64,000 bases of DNA. Origin: Parcubacteria bacterium C7867-005 (GTDB lineage Bacteria; Patescibacteriota; Minisyncoccia; Phycocordibacterales; Zambryskibacteraceae). The stretch spans positions 10,987 through 74,986 of the forward strand of contig LFCO01000001.1 of the NCBI GenBank assembly GCA_001189165.1, read 5' to 3'. Made by a program: the position numbers and the translations under genes. The notes under the pieces are model-generated. The model saw only the letters and a program-made list of their open reading frames with translations, did not search any database and was not told the origin of the DNA. Shown here one piece after another: positions 27,883 through 37,116 of the stretch (its first letter is position 1; each line of letters starts with the position of its first letter).

Positions 27883-28271
27883 AAAAACTCAGTACGCACA
27901 TACTAGCTTTGTTTTTGATCCTCAGTGTTTTTGCTATCCCCGCTGTCTCATTCGCACAGAATGACTTGGTCCCATGTGGGAATCCAGGACAGGCTGAATG
28001 TGGATTCAATGATCTGATCAAGTTGGTGATAAATATTATCAACACATTGATCACTTACTCTACTTATATTGCTGTAGCTGTCTTCTGTTATGCGGGGATT
28101 ATGCTCATGACCGCTGGAGGAGACAAGGGCGCCTTGGACAAGGCCAAGAAGATACTGGGCAGTGTGGTCAAGGGGTATGTGTGGATACTCATCGCTTGGG
28201 TAGTGGTTTATACTATTATGAACACCCTCATAGACGGTGAAGGGTTCTCCCTACTTGGGGATCCTCAATAA
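27879..28271 (+). CDS. TrbC/VirB2-like 'pilin' family protein (SP + 2 TM), paralog 1
   Basis: SP with AQ cleavage site, two hydrophobic helices flanking GGDKGALDKAKK; architecture shared with the five downstream genes. Confidence 0.55.
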   Translation: MKKLSTHILALFLILSVFAIPAVSFAQNDLVPCGNPGQAECGFNDLIKLVINIINTLITYSTYIAVAVFCYAGIMLMTAGGDKGALDKAKKILGSVVKGYVWILIAWVVVYTIMNTLIDGEGFSLLGDPQ

Positions 28272-28272
28272 A

Positions 28273-28749
28273 ATGAAAAAAATATTCACAAACTCTCTTT
28301 CTATAGTATTTCTTGCAGTAATCGTTTTTGCACCAACTTATTTAGCCTTAGCCCAAGCCACGGCACCAACCAACACCACGACTGCCCCTGCACCCACAAA
28401 CACAACAACAGCACCAAGACCAACCAACACTACCACCGTGCCACCACGACCTACTAGCGCTACCGGGGGAGAGATTAATATACCCAACCCATTTGGCAGA
28501 AGTGGGGGATCACTCACTGAACTTTTTGAAACTATAGTTAACAGCATTATCTTACCTATCGGTGGGGTGCTCGCTGTGCTGGCTTTCGTTTATTCTGGTT
28601 TTCTGTATGTCACCGCCCAAGGTAATCCGGGCAAGATTGAGGAAGCAAACAGAGCCCTACTCTATTCGGCCATAGGTACCGCAGTGCTCCTGGGCTCGTG
28701 GGTGATAGCCAATGTGATCGGAGGCACGATCGATCAGCTGAAATCCTAA
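28273..28749 (+). CDS. TrbC/VirB2-like pilin family protein, paralog 2, with Thr-rich APTNTTTAP x3 spacer
   Basis: Same SP + 2-TM architecture; low-complexity T/P repeat; start MKKIF at 28273. Confidence 0.55.
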   Translation: MKKIFTNSLSIVFLAVIVFAPTYLALAQATAPTNTTTAPAPTNTTTAPRPTNTTTVPPRPTSATGGEINIPNPFGRSGGSLTELFETIVNSIILPIGGVLAVLAFVYSGFLYVTAQGNPGKIEEANRALLYSAIGTAVLLGSWVIANVIGGTIDQLKS

Positions 28750-28758
28750 AACAAACCA

Positions 28759-29040
28759 ATGCCAGAAAATTTTGCAGAACTTGTAGCCATTTTCATAAAT
28801 CTAATTCTGACTGCCATACCAGTACTCATCGCTCTGGCATTCATGGTGTTTCTTTATGGTCTGGTTCAGTTTATTTCGAAGGCCGGTGATGAAAAAAGTC
28901 ATGGTGAGGGTAAAAATATCATGAAACTCGGGCTGATAGGGTTATTCGTGATGATGTCTTTCTTCGGGATAGTTGAATTCTTTGTAAGGGATTTCGGTGC
29001 CACGAGTTTTGGTATTCCATTGTTACCACCAGAAAGATAG
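28759..29040 (+). CDS. TrbC/VirB2-like pilin family protein, paralog 3
   Basis: 2 TM; motif FISKAGDEKSHGEGKNIMKLGLIGLFVMMSF shared with paralog 4. Confidence 0.55.
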   Translation: MPENFAELVAIFINLILTAIPVLIALAFMVFLYGLVQFISKAGDEKSHGEGKNIMKLGLIGLFVMMSFFGIVEFFVRDFGATSFGIPLLPPER

Positions 29041-29058
29041 GATAAAATAAATATAAAT

Positions 29059-29460
29059 ATGAAAAAATATAAACAATTCGTACTCATTTCCCTTATCCTC
29101 CTATCACCATCAATCGCCCTTGCTCAGTTTGACGGAGTGAATGGTTTGATCAGGGGTGTCGGAGGGATCATAGAGAGCCTCACCCTCTTGGCTTCGGGCC
29201 TCGCTCTACTCTATTTCTTCTTTGGTCTGGCCAAATTTATCTCCAAGTCGGGTGATGAAAAGAGTCATAGTGAGGGCAAAAATATCATGCAATGGGGTCT
29301 ACTTGCTCTGTTTGTGATGATGTCTGTATGGGGTATCATCGCTTTCTTTCAAAGAGATCTAGGACTACCAGTAACGGTTCCCAATAATACCGCAAATCAA
29401 GAGCCAATCGTTATTACTCCAGAAATGATGAACGCTTTTAGAGATCCGGCTTTCAGATAA
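29059..29460 (+). CDS. TrbC/VirB2-like pilin family protein, paralog 4
   Basis: SP ...SIALAQ; FISKSGDEKSHSEGKNIMQWGLLALFVMMSVWG. Confidence 0.55.
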   Translation: MKKYKQFVLISLILLSPSIALAQFDGVNGLIRGVGGIIESLTLLASGLALLYFFFGLAKFISKSGDEKSHSEGKNIMQWGLLALFVMMSVWGIIAFFQRDLGLPVTVPNNTANQEPIVITPEMMNAFRDPAFR

Positions 29461-29565
29461 GCACAAGATTCAACAACCCCTATACACTATTGTTTTCCTC
29501 TGTGGTCGGGTATTATTAATATGTACCAACCATAGGTATATTAAAATTAACGCTTACAAAGTTAA

Positions 29566-29913
29566 ATGAAAAAGTTAATACTTTTAGCAGTCGCTTTTGT
29601 TCCTTCTTTTGCATTCGCACAGTCTCTAGGTAACGTAGAGACATTTATCCGTTCGATCGGTAGATTGGTTAACCTAGCATTGCCTATCGTCGTGGCACTT
29701 GCTCTCCTCGGTTTCTTCTACGGTTTGATGAAGTTCATATTCGCAGCTGACGATGAAGATGCTCGCAAATCTGCCAAGGACATCATGATCTACGGCGTCA
29801 TCGCTCTATTCGTGATGGTGTCTGTTTGGGGTTTGGTAGGATTCGTCGGGAACGCACTCGGTATCCAGCAAGGCCAGAACAGTGGAAACATCCCTCGGGT
29901 TCAGGGCCTATAA
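29566..29913 (+). CDS. TrbC/VirB2-like pilin family protein, paralog 5
   Basis: SP ...AFAQS; FIFAADDEDARKSAKDIMIYGVIALFVMVSVWG. Confidence 0.55.
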   Translation: MKKLILLAVAFVPSFAFAQSLGNVETFIRSIGRLVNLALPIVVALALLGFFYGLMKFIFAADDEDARKSAKDIMIYGVIALFVMVSVWGLVGFVGNALGIQQGQNSGNIPRVQGL

Positions 29914-29930
29914 TCTCGGTCTAGTCTCTG

Positions 29931-30197
29931 ATGATTACCGAATTTCTCGACAAGATAAATCAGTTCGTACTTAACCCGATCATCACACTTCTGTTCGCTG
30001 TTGCTTTCATCGTCTTTCTGTTCGGAGTGTTTCAGTTCGTCAAGGATGCCAAAGATGGTGATACAAAGGGTGAGGGCAAAAAAAAGATTATGTACGGATT
30101 ATTTGGTATGTTCATCATGTTCAGTGCCTATGGTCTCATTAGAATTGTCTTAGATACTTTTGGGATAGATAACCCACAAGATTACATCTCTCTCTAG
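29931..30197 (+). CDS. TrbC/VirB2-like pilin family protein, paralog 6
   Basis: 2 TM; FVKDAKDGDTKGEGKKKIMYGLFGMFIMFSAYG. Confidence 0.5.
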   Translation: MITEFLDKINQFVLNPIITLLFAVAFIVFLFGVFQFVKDAKDGDTKGEGKKKIMYGLFGMFIMFSAYGLIRIVLDTFGIDNPQDYISL

Positions 30198-30290
30198 ATA
30201 AAAAGAAAATCACTCCGAGCAAATGCGAGGGGTGACTTTTTTGTACAAGAAAGGGCGAGAGGGGATACCTCTCGCCCTGTCCACCAAAGC

Positions 30291-31214
30291 TCACTTCACC
30301 TCGAAGAGGTGGAGCTTGAGTGGAGCACTTTCCACACCTTCTCTGGTCTTGAACGACAGGAGCTTGCCCCGGTGATTCTCCACCGAGTCGATCGTGACCT
30401 TTGCGGTGTCGAACCACTGTTCGAGAGAGTACCCGTGTGGAACCTGCACCACCTTCGGACTGCCTGTCCTTAGGGTGCCGGTGCTGGTGAATTCCTCCAC
30501 GACCGGTTCGCGGTGAGCAACGACGGACGCGGTGGTACTTACACCAAAACCCCCGATGAGCTTCACCCACGGTCTCCAGAGGAAGGAGAAGAAGAAGAGT
30601 ACGAAGGTGAGCCACATCAGGTTTCTCGCCTTCTTGAACGACGGGCTCAGGTTGCTGTTCACGACCACCGTGAAGGCGATGAGCACGTGCCCGACCCAGA
30701 ACAGGGTGTTGCCCCGGAGCCACTTGTAGGCTTCCGGACTGCCCCAGCTCGCGATCCAGTGGAACGCAATCACGAATCCGAGGACGATCAGGTACACGGT
30801 CCATTGGGGCTTCCAGGTGAGTCCACCCGTGCCCCTCTTGTCCCATACCTTCTTGATTCCCCAGGTGATGAGTGCCAACCCAGCGAGTCCTGCAAGAACT
30901 GAGAGGCTGATCCAGAGCCACTTGAATGAGCCGAGGCTGATGCCCTCGCCGATCGCAGAGCTCATCATCCATGCGATGATGATCACTGCGAGTACGAGCA
31001 AGGCCAGGAAGACCCTGACCCTGCCCTTGGTCCAGCGAACCTTCTTCGGGGAAGCGCTCGTTGTCGGAGCACTGCCTGCGGCAGCGCGATTCCTGAATTT
31101 GTTCACAGTCCATTCGACCATGAGCTTCACTTCTGCATACCTGTTCCCGAACCACTGTCCGACCTTCGTCGAACCGGTGTTTCTGTTGGTGTACCACTGT
31201 CCGATCTTTCCCAT
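30291..31214 (-). CDS. GC-rich hypothetical polytopic membrane protein (4-5 TM)
   Basis: 307 aa; GC-rich; Trp-rich TM helices; no motif recognised. Confidence 0.4.
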   Translation of the reverse strand: MGKIGQWYTNRNTGSTKVGQWFGNRYAEVKLMVEWTVNKFRNRAAAGSAPTTSASPKKVRWTKGRVRVFLALLVLAVIIIAWMMSSAIGEGISLGSFKWLWISLSVLAGLAGLALITWGIKKVWDKRGTGGLTWKPQWTVYLIVLGFVIAFHWIASWGSPEAYKWLRGNTLFWVGHVLIAFTVVVNSNLSPSFKKARNLMWLTFVLFFFSFLWRPWVKLIGGFGVSTTASVVAHREPVVEEFTSTGTLRTGSPKVVQVPHGYSLEQWFDTAKVTIDSVENHRGKLLSFKTREGVESAPLKLHLFEVK

Positions 31215-31343
31215 GGGTATAACCTCGGTGGTGTGTGTTCAAATCAATGTGCAGGTTTGTCTTATTATATCATATAAATATCACTTTTGTCAAGTATAAA
31301 AATAGGGCCAAGCGACTTGTCGTTTGGCCCTTCCCACAATGCA

Positions 31344-32387
31344 TTACTTCGTACCACCGACCACCGGGAGCGCACCACTGCCGTAGACGACGGTGGTTGC
31401 CACTCCGTTCTTCTCGTGTGCGGTTGCCCACCTGTTGGCAGGCTCGTTCGCGAGCTTCATGGTTGGCTCAGTCACACGAGTGTACAGATCAGCCGCTGCG
31501 TCGTTCAGGAGCATCTTCTCCTTCTTCTCAGCTTCAGCGTTGGTGATTCTGACCCTCGCCTGCGCCTCGGCTTGCACCTGCAGTTCGAGGATCGCTTCTT
31601 GCTTCGGATCCATCGTTGGTGACAGCATGCTCATCGACTTGATCTTGAGACCCAGCTGTTCAAGGGCCTCTGCGTGGAAAGCATCATTCTTCATGATTGC
31701 ATCCACAAGGTCCTGCTTGAGCTTGCCAGAGTTGGCACCACCACGATAGTCTGCGGCGTTGTTCCCACCGACGATGTTACTCACGATGCTCTCGATCATC
31801 CCCTCGAGGTACGCGAGTGGGTTTGACACCCGCAACACAGATCGAATGGGGAAGACCCGCTCGAAGATCAAGTTGAACCTGAATCCGAGCTTGAGCTGGT
31901 CCTTGGTCTCGAGGCCTTCAAGATTGGCGACGAGATCCCCGGAGTAGTAGATGAACTTCGGGAGTTGGTCGCTGTTCTCGACAACCCGGTTCCCGTCCGC
32001 ATCCCTTTTGTTGCTGAAGCGGAGGTGAACGTCCGAGTTAGTCCGCACGCTGGGGAACAAACTGATCCACTCGACGCCGAGCAGTTTATACAGAAGCTTG
32101 TCGTGTCTAGGATCGACCTCCATCCCATCGGGCAGATCCTTAACCTCCCAGTTCATCGGATCTGGGTCAGTCTTGTCGATGAACTTGCCGGGGATGGCAT
32201 GTCGGAGGTCGACAATGGCACCACCACCCTGGGTGGTCTTGCCGTCCTCCTTGTCGTCACTGACGATCAGAGCCAAGGCGTTGGCCGAGGTGATCAGCCA
32301 GAGACGGCCGATCCTGCCGAACGACCTGATACCCACGGCAATGCCGAGGATGATCAGGAAGAGGATGAAAATGATGGCGCCGAACAT
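31344..32387 (-). CDS. SPFH/band-7 (prohibitin/flotillin-like) membrane protein
   Basis: N-terminal TM and SPFH core; C-terminal Ala/Glu-rich coiled coil ILELQVQAEAQARVRITNAEAEKKEK; start at MFGAIIF (32387) supported by RBS AAGGAG 7 nt upstream. Confidence 0.65.
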   Translation of the reverse strand: MFGAIIFILFLIILGIAVGIRSFGRIGRLWLITSANALALIVSDDKEDGKTTQGGGAIVDLRHAIPGKFIDKTDPDPMNWEVKDLPDGMEVDPRHDKLLYKLLGVEWISLFPSVRTNSDVHLRFSNKRDADGNRVVENSDQLPKFIYYSGDLVANLEGLETKDQLKLGFRFNLIFERVFPIRSVLRVSNPLAYLEGMIESIVSNIVGGNNAADYRGGANSGKLKQDLVDAIMKNDAFHAEALEQLGLKIKSMSMLSPTMDPKQEAILELQVQAEAQARVRITNAEAEKKEKMLLNDAAADLYTRVTEPTMKLANEPANRWATAHEKNGVATTVVYGSGALPVVGGTK

Positions 32388-32503
32388 CCGATGTCTCCTT
32401 GTGGCAAAGCCACGAGAGTAGTAATGCAATCAACGAGCATCTAGTTCTGGCGGAATTTTATCACAAAACGACACAGAAGTCAAGTTGGAATTGAGCTTAG
32501 TTT

Positions 32504-32587
32504 TGGTGCCGGGGAGAGGACTTGAACCTCCATGAGTTGCCTCGCTAGTTCCTAAAACTAGTGCGTCTACCATTTCGCCACCCCGGC
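32504..32587 (-). tRNA. tRNA-Leu (anticodon TAG), class II
   Basis: Minus-strand fold: acceptor GCCGGGG/CCCCGGC, anticodon stem-loop CTAGT-TTTAGGA-ACTAG, long variable arm, T-arm GGAGGTTCAAGTCCTCT, ACCA encoded. Confidence 0.85.
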
Positions 32588-32615
32588 ATATATTTATTAT
32601 AACCTCGCAAACCTG

Positions 32616-32688
32616 TGCGCCCAGTAGGAGTCGAACCTACGACCATCTCCTTAAGAGGGAGCTGCTCTACCAGCTGAGCTATGGGCGC
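32616..32688 (-). tRNA. tRNA-Lys (anticodon CTT)
   Basis: Acceptor GCGCCCA/TGGGCGC, anticodon loop CTCTTAA, T-arm GTAGGTTCGACTCCTAC. Confidence 0.8.
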
Positions 32689-32813
32689 GTGTTCCTCTAT
32701 TGTTTAATGCGGAGGAGGACGCAAGGTACAGTATTCCAAAGAAAAGCTTCTTTTTCAATCTTTTAGAGTGGCGTATACTTAAATAAGCACTTTTTAAACA
32801 TTCAAAACTTTTT

Positions 32814-34409
32814 ATGAGAAAAAAGCTTTTCATGAAAGTCGTGGTTCTTTCGGTCGTTTATTTTTCTACTGCTTGGGCAGGACTTCAGCTTGGGGCTGTG
32901 AGTGGTTTTGCTACATTCGTTTGGCCACCTACGGGGATCGCTCTTGCTGCTCTTTTGATCTTTGGCTATCGTCTATGGCCGGGCATTTTCCTTGCCGCCT
33001 TTCTTGTGAACCTGGTGACAGGTGCTCCGGTATTTGTCGCTCTAGCTATCGGTGCGGGTAACACGCTAGAGGCAGTTTTTGGAAAATTCATATTGCACAA
33101 GGTTGGTTTTGATGTCAGCCTCGAACACCGAAGAGATGTTCTTGCTTATATCATCTACGGTGCACTGCTGAGTACTATCGTAAGCGCTTCGATCGGCAGC
33201 GGTGTACTTTGGTCGAGTAGCATTGTCTCATCAGTGGATCTACTCCCAACATGGATTGCTTGGTGGGTGGGGGATATTCTGGGTGCACTGATTATAGGGA
33301 GCTTCATCCTCTCTTTTAGGAAGATGTTTGTCTCCAGGCAGATAATATTTCCAAGCAGAAGGAGGGTCATCGAAGCGGTTCTCCTTTGTGTTGCTCTGAT
33401 CATCTTTAACTCTTTTGTGTTTTTCAATGACGGAACCTTTTCTCAATCAAATGCGTCTCTTGTCTATCTTATATTTCCACTACTCATTTGGGCGGCTTTG
33501 AGGTTCGAGGTCGCTGGTGCCACTATCGCTGTTTTTATCACTTCGGCTCTGGCCATCTGGGGGACGGTGTCGGGCACTGGTCCGTTTGTGACCGATTCGA
33601 TCAGCAGCAGCCTTTTCTCTTTACAGGTATTCATGGGTTCGGTGAGTGTGACTATCCTGGTGTTGTCAGCGATTGTGGAAGAGAGTGCCAGAGCTTACAG
33701 AGCTCTGGAGAAAGCAGATAAATCCAAATCAGAGTTTGTCTCCATTGCATCACACCAGCTCCGTACGCCACTCTCTACCGTGAAGTGGTATGTCCGAACC
33801 TTGCTTGATAGTAAGTTGGGCAAGGTTTCTGATAAACAAAATGAGTATCTTTCTGAACTTAATAATGCTAACGAACGCATGATCAAGCTAGTGAACACTC
33901 TTTTGGATGTTTCCAAAATAGAGCTGGGTATGTTCAAGGTCAAACCAATGTTTTCTGTCGTAGTTAGGAAAATAGTGGATGAAGTTGTCGATGAATTTCA
34001 ACCACAAATCACCAAGAAAAAACTACGGCTGGAAAAAGCATACCCCCCAGAAACCTTTTTTGTTAATGCAGATCCATCATTGGTAAAAATTATCTTTCAG
34101 AACTTATTTTCAAACGCCGTAAAGTACTCTTATAAAGGTGGAACCATAAAAGTAACTTTGAAAAACAATACCAAGGAGTGGTTCCTAGAGGTCTCTGACC
34201 AGGGTTGTGGTGTGCCGCAGAGTGATCAGGACAAGATTTTTAATAAATTATTTAGAGGGGAAAATGCTCGCAGTATGGATCCCGAAGGCGGCGGCCTGGG
34301 GTTGTATTTGGTCAGATCGATCACCAAGCAGGTTAACGGGAGGATTTGGTTTGAGTCTGAACTAAACAAAGGTAGCACCTTCCATGTGGCCTTTCATATA
34401 CGCGGGTAG
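32814..34409 (+). CDS. sensor histidine kinase with N-terminal MASE1-like membrane sensor domain
   Basis: ~8 TM N-terminus; HisKA H-box SIASHQLRTPLSTV; HATPase N/G boxes (NLFSNAVKYS, DQGCGVP, GGGLGLYLV). Confidence 0.8.
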   Translation: MRKKLFMKVVVLSVVYFSTAWAGLQLGAVSGFATFVWPPTGIALAALLIFGYRLWPGIFLAAFLVNLVTGAPVFVALAIGAGNTLEAVFGKFILHKVGFDVSLEHRRDVLAYIIYGALLSTIVSASIGSGVLWSSSIVSSVDLLPTWIAWWVGDILGALIIGSFILSFRKMFVSRQIIFPSRRRVIEAVLLCVALIIFNSFVFFNDGTFSQSNASLVYLIFPLLIWAALRFEVAGATIAVFITSALAIWGTVSGTGPFVTDSISSSLFSLQVFMGSVSVTILVLSAIVEESARAYRALEKADKSKSEFVSIASHQLRTPLSTVKWYVRTLLDSKLGKVSDKQNEYLSELNNANERMIKLVNTLLDVSKIELGMFKVKPMFSVVVRKIVDEVVDEFQPQITKKKLRLEKAYPPETFFVNADPSLVKIIFQNLFSNAVKYSYKGGTIKVTLKNNTKEWFLEVSDQGCGVPQSDQDKIFNKLFRGENARSMDPEGGGLGLYLVRSITKQVNGRIWFESELNKGSTFHVAFHIRG

Positions 34410-34428
34410 TATAATTTATATTAATTAC

Positions 34429-34833
34429 ATGCAAGAACCAAAAAAGAAAATTTTGATTATTGAAGACGAGGCGCCCATGCTCCGTGCTCTAGAAGAAGGT
34501 TTTCGCAGAGATGGTTTTGAGACGATATCAGCAGATGAGGGTGGGGCGGGGTTCTCTCTTGCCATAGAAAACAAGCCAGATTTAATTATTTTAGATATTC
34601 TACTTCCGGGCATAGATGGTTTGGCGATGATCAAGAAACTAAGGAGGGACGGAGGTTCTTATGGCAGAGGAGTGCCTGTTATTATCCTGACGAACCTAAG
34701 TCCAGACAGTGAAGAGGTGAATCAGACTATTGCAGCCACTTCTCCCACTTTTTATTTAGTAAAGGCCGATTGGACCGTCGAGGATGTTATCGAAAAGGTA
34801 AAAGCCAGACTCAATCAACCCGCCATACTTTAG
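34429..34833 (+). CDS. single-domain response regulator (CheY-like receiver)
   Basis: KKILIIEDE...DLIILDILLPGIDG (phospho-acceptor Asp)...K; start MQEPKKK at 34429. Confidence 0.75.
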   Translation: MQEPKKKILIIEDEAPMLRALEEGFRRDGFETISADEGGAGFSLAIENKPDLIILDILLPGIDGLAMIKKLRRDGGSYGRGVPVIILTNLSPDSEEVNQTIAATSPTFYLVKADWTVEDVIEKVKARLNQPAIL

Positions 34834-34904
34834 TTATAGATGATAATTTCTATTATGCCGTAGATGCGTTTTTGGCTTCGGGTATGATAAGGTAGACACT
34901 GTTC

Positions 34905-34975
34905 GGCCTAGTAGCCAAGTGGTAAGGCGCGGCTCTGCAAAAGCTTCATCGGCGGTTCGATTCCGCCCTAGGCCT
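34905..34975 (+). tRNA. tRNA-Cys (anticodon GCA); weak anticodon stem
   Basis: Acceptor GGCCTAG/CTAGGCC, loop CTGCAAA, T-arm GGCGGTTCGATTCCGCC, discriminator U (typical of Cys). Confidence 0.7.
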
Positions 34976-35013
34976 CACTAAAAGTTTTTTGTAATATAAT
35001 TTCTTTTAGTTAT

Positions 35014-35099
35014 GCCCGGGTGGTGGAATGGTATACACGGAGGACTTAAAATCCTCTGGTCGCAAGACCTTGTGGGTTCGAGTCCCACCCCGGGCACCA
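35014..35099 (+). tRNA. tRNA-Leu (anticodon TAA), class II
   Basis: Acceptor GCCCGGG/CCCGGGC, anticodon stem-loop GAGGA-CTTAAAA-TCCTC, long variable arm, ACCA encoded. Confidence 0.85.
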
Positions 35100-35132
35100 A
35101 GTCCTCCTTTGCCAATGCTTCGGATGGACGAA

Positions 35133-35203
35133 GCGAGATTAGTTTAGTGGTAGAACTGGTGCTTCCCAAGCATCGGGCGCCGGTTCGATTCCGGCATCTC
35201 GCA
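35133..35203 (+). tRNA. tRNA-Gly (anticodon CCC)
   Basis: Acceptor GCGAGAT/ATCTCGC, anticodon loop TTCCCAA, T-arm GCCGGTTCGATTCCGGC. Confidence 0.85.
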
Positions 35204-35210
35204 CACTGAG

Positions 35211-35549
35211 CTACTTAGACTCTTCCATTTCTTGAGTGATCTCATCAAGTCTCTGTCGGTTTCTCTCTCCGTAGTCGATTCTCCATGTGAGGTGTGGGAC
35301 AATGCCGATTTTGGATTTCTTTTTTACAAAATCATTTAGTTCTCCACCTTTACGCATCAGAAACTTGAGTGCAGTGTCTTCCTGGTTCTCTGGCAGGGTA
35401 GTGAAGAAAAGCTGTGCAGCTTTTCCGGTCTCAGATAATTCCACTCGAGTGACAGTGATGAGTGATGCAGGCGTTGCCTCTCTTAGTACAAAATCAGCGG
35501 TTAGTTTGCGGAGTATTTCTTCTGTCTTTTCTTTTTTTAATGCTTGCAT
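35211..35549 (-). CDS. rbfA: ribosome-binding factor A
   Basis: KH-like RbfA pattern (VTRVELSETGKAAQLFFT ... IGIVPHLTWRIDYG). Confidence 0.8.
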   Translation of the reverse strand: MQALKKEKTEEILRKLTADFVLREATPASLITVTRVELSETGKAAQLFFTTLPENQEDTALKFLMRKGGELNDFVKKKSKIGIVPHLTWRIDYGERNRQRLDEITQEMEESK

Positions 35550-35550
35550 G

Positions 35551-37056
35551 TTATTTGGTTACTCTGGTTACTGCTTCGAAAATATCTCCAGGCGCTATCT
35601 CCACTTTGGATTCGATCATCGCACCAAACTCTCCACCTTCATTTACTTTATCGGCAGCGATTTTATTTTGTTGAAGTTCTTTTATCTTACCCTTACCGAT
35701 TTCCGCTTCTCTGCGGAGGATTCTTACTTGTGACCCAACTTCGATAATCCCAGAGATTGCTCGTGCTCCTAATACTTGTTTATCTTTGGTGGCACCAAAC
35801 ACTCGAAGAACCTTGGCTTGTCCCGTCACTTCATCAACCTCTACTTTTGGTTCTCTTTCTTTTAGGATCTCCATCACTCTTTCAGTCAGTTTGTATATGA
35901 CATCGAAGCTTTCTATTGTTATCCCTGATCTTTCGGCTAAGGGTCCGGCCTGGGGATCTATTTTTGTATTGAAAGAAAAGATCAGAGTTCCAGGTGTCGC
36001 AAGGGATGATTTGACGTCATTCTCACTAACCGTCCCTATACCAGAGAGAACAACTTTTATTTGTATTCTTTCTCTTGGAAGTTTGTTTAATTCATACACT
36101 ATAGCCTCGAGGCTCCCAGTGGTATCTGCTTTGATGATGATCGGCAAGGCCAGGACATTCTCGTTGATGACACTCTCGCTTTTTTTCTTTTTATTTTTTA
36201 CCGCTTCGCTTTCTGCATAGAATTCCGCCGCTTTCTTATCATCAAAAAGTTCGAACACATCACCAACAGGGGGCATATCATCCCAACCTACGAGCTGTAT
36301 GGGGCTCGAGAAGGAAAGCTTGTCTATCTGCTTACCATCCATGTCGAGGATATAGCGTAGTGGCGCCGTTGTTCCAGTAGATGCGACGGTCATACCCTTT
36401 TTCACCGTACCATCTTTGATGATACCCACAGCAGTAATGCCAACCTTCGCGTCGAGTCTGGATTCGATGATGATGCCGGTGCCCCACTTGGATTTGTCTC
36501 CAGTAAAGTTCTCGAGTTCTGCCATGAGGAAGATCATATCTAAGAGTTCCTTCACACCCTCACCAGTTTTAGAGGAGATAGGCACTACGGGTACACTACC
36601 GCCATAGCCCTCTACATATACATCACTCTCTGCGAGGCTTTGCTTTGCACGGTCTATGTTTGCGCTGGGCTTATCTATCTTAGTGATGGCGACGATGAAG
36701 GGAAGTTTGCATTCTTTTATACGTGCATAAGCTTCGAGGGTCTGTGGCTTCACTCCATCTTCAGCAGAAACCACGAGTATTCCTATGTCAGCACACGTAG
36801 CTCCTCTCGCACGAATACCAGCGAAGGCTTCGTGGCCGGGGGTGTCTAGGAAAGTTATTTTGCCCATCTCTCCATTTTCTTTTTGATGAGTGACCTCATA
36901 GGCACTGACATGTTGGGTGATACCTCCAGCCTCTTTATCTGTGGTGTTTGACTTTCTGATGTAGTCCAAAAGAGTCGACTTGCCGTGGTCTATATGGCCC
37001 ATGACCGCCACCACTGGTGGACGCTTGACTCTTGTTTGTGTTTCTAGTATTCCCAT
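35551..37056 (-). CDS. infB: translation initiation factor IF-2 (short form, G domain to C-terminus)
   Basis: [18 protein letters not shown]-loop, [13 protein letters not shown]; probable start MGILETQ at 37056 with GAGG RBS (the ORF track extends to 37224). Confidence 0.9.
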   Translation of the reverse strand: MGILETQTRVKRPPVVAVMGHIDHGKSTLLDYIRKSNTTDKEAGGITQHVSAYEVTHQKENGEMGKITFLDTPGHEAFAGIRARGATCADIGILVVSAEDGVKPQTLEAYARIKECKLPFIVAITKIDKPSANIDRAKQSLAESDVYVEGYGGSVPVVPISSKTGEGVKELLDMIFLMAELENFTGDKSKWGTGIIIESRLDAKVGITAVGIIKDGTVKKGMTVASTGTTAPLRYILDMDGKQIDKLSFSSPIQLVGWDDMPPVGDVFELFDDKKAAEFYAESEAVKNKKKKSESVINENVLALPIIIKADTTGSLEAIVYELNKLPRERIQIKVVLSGIGTVSENDVKSSLATPGTLIFSFNTKIDPQAGPLAERSGITIESFDVIYKLTERVMEILKEREPKVEVDEVTGQAKVLRVFGATKDKQVLGARAISGIIEVGSQVRILRREAEIGKGKIKELQQNKIAADKVNEGGEFGAMIESKVEIAPGDIFEAVTRVTK

Positions 37057-37116
37057 AATGAGCCTCAGATTAGCATATTGTTGTCCTAAAAACACGGTCC
37101 ATACTACAATATCTCT

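Noticed and set aside
34905-34975. Doubt about tRNA-Cys because the anticodon stem pairs poorly (CGGCT/AGCTT)
   Set aside because: Acceptor, D- and T-arms, GCA anticodon loop and the Cys-specific U73 discriminator all fit; kept with reduced confidence rather than rejected.
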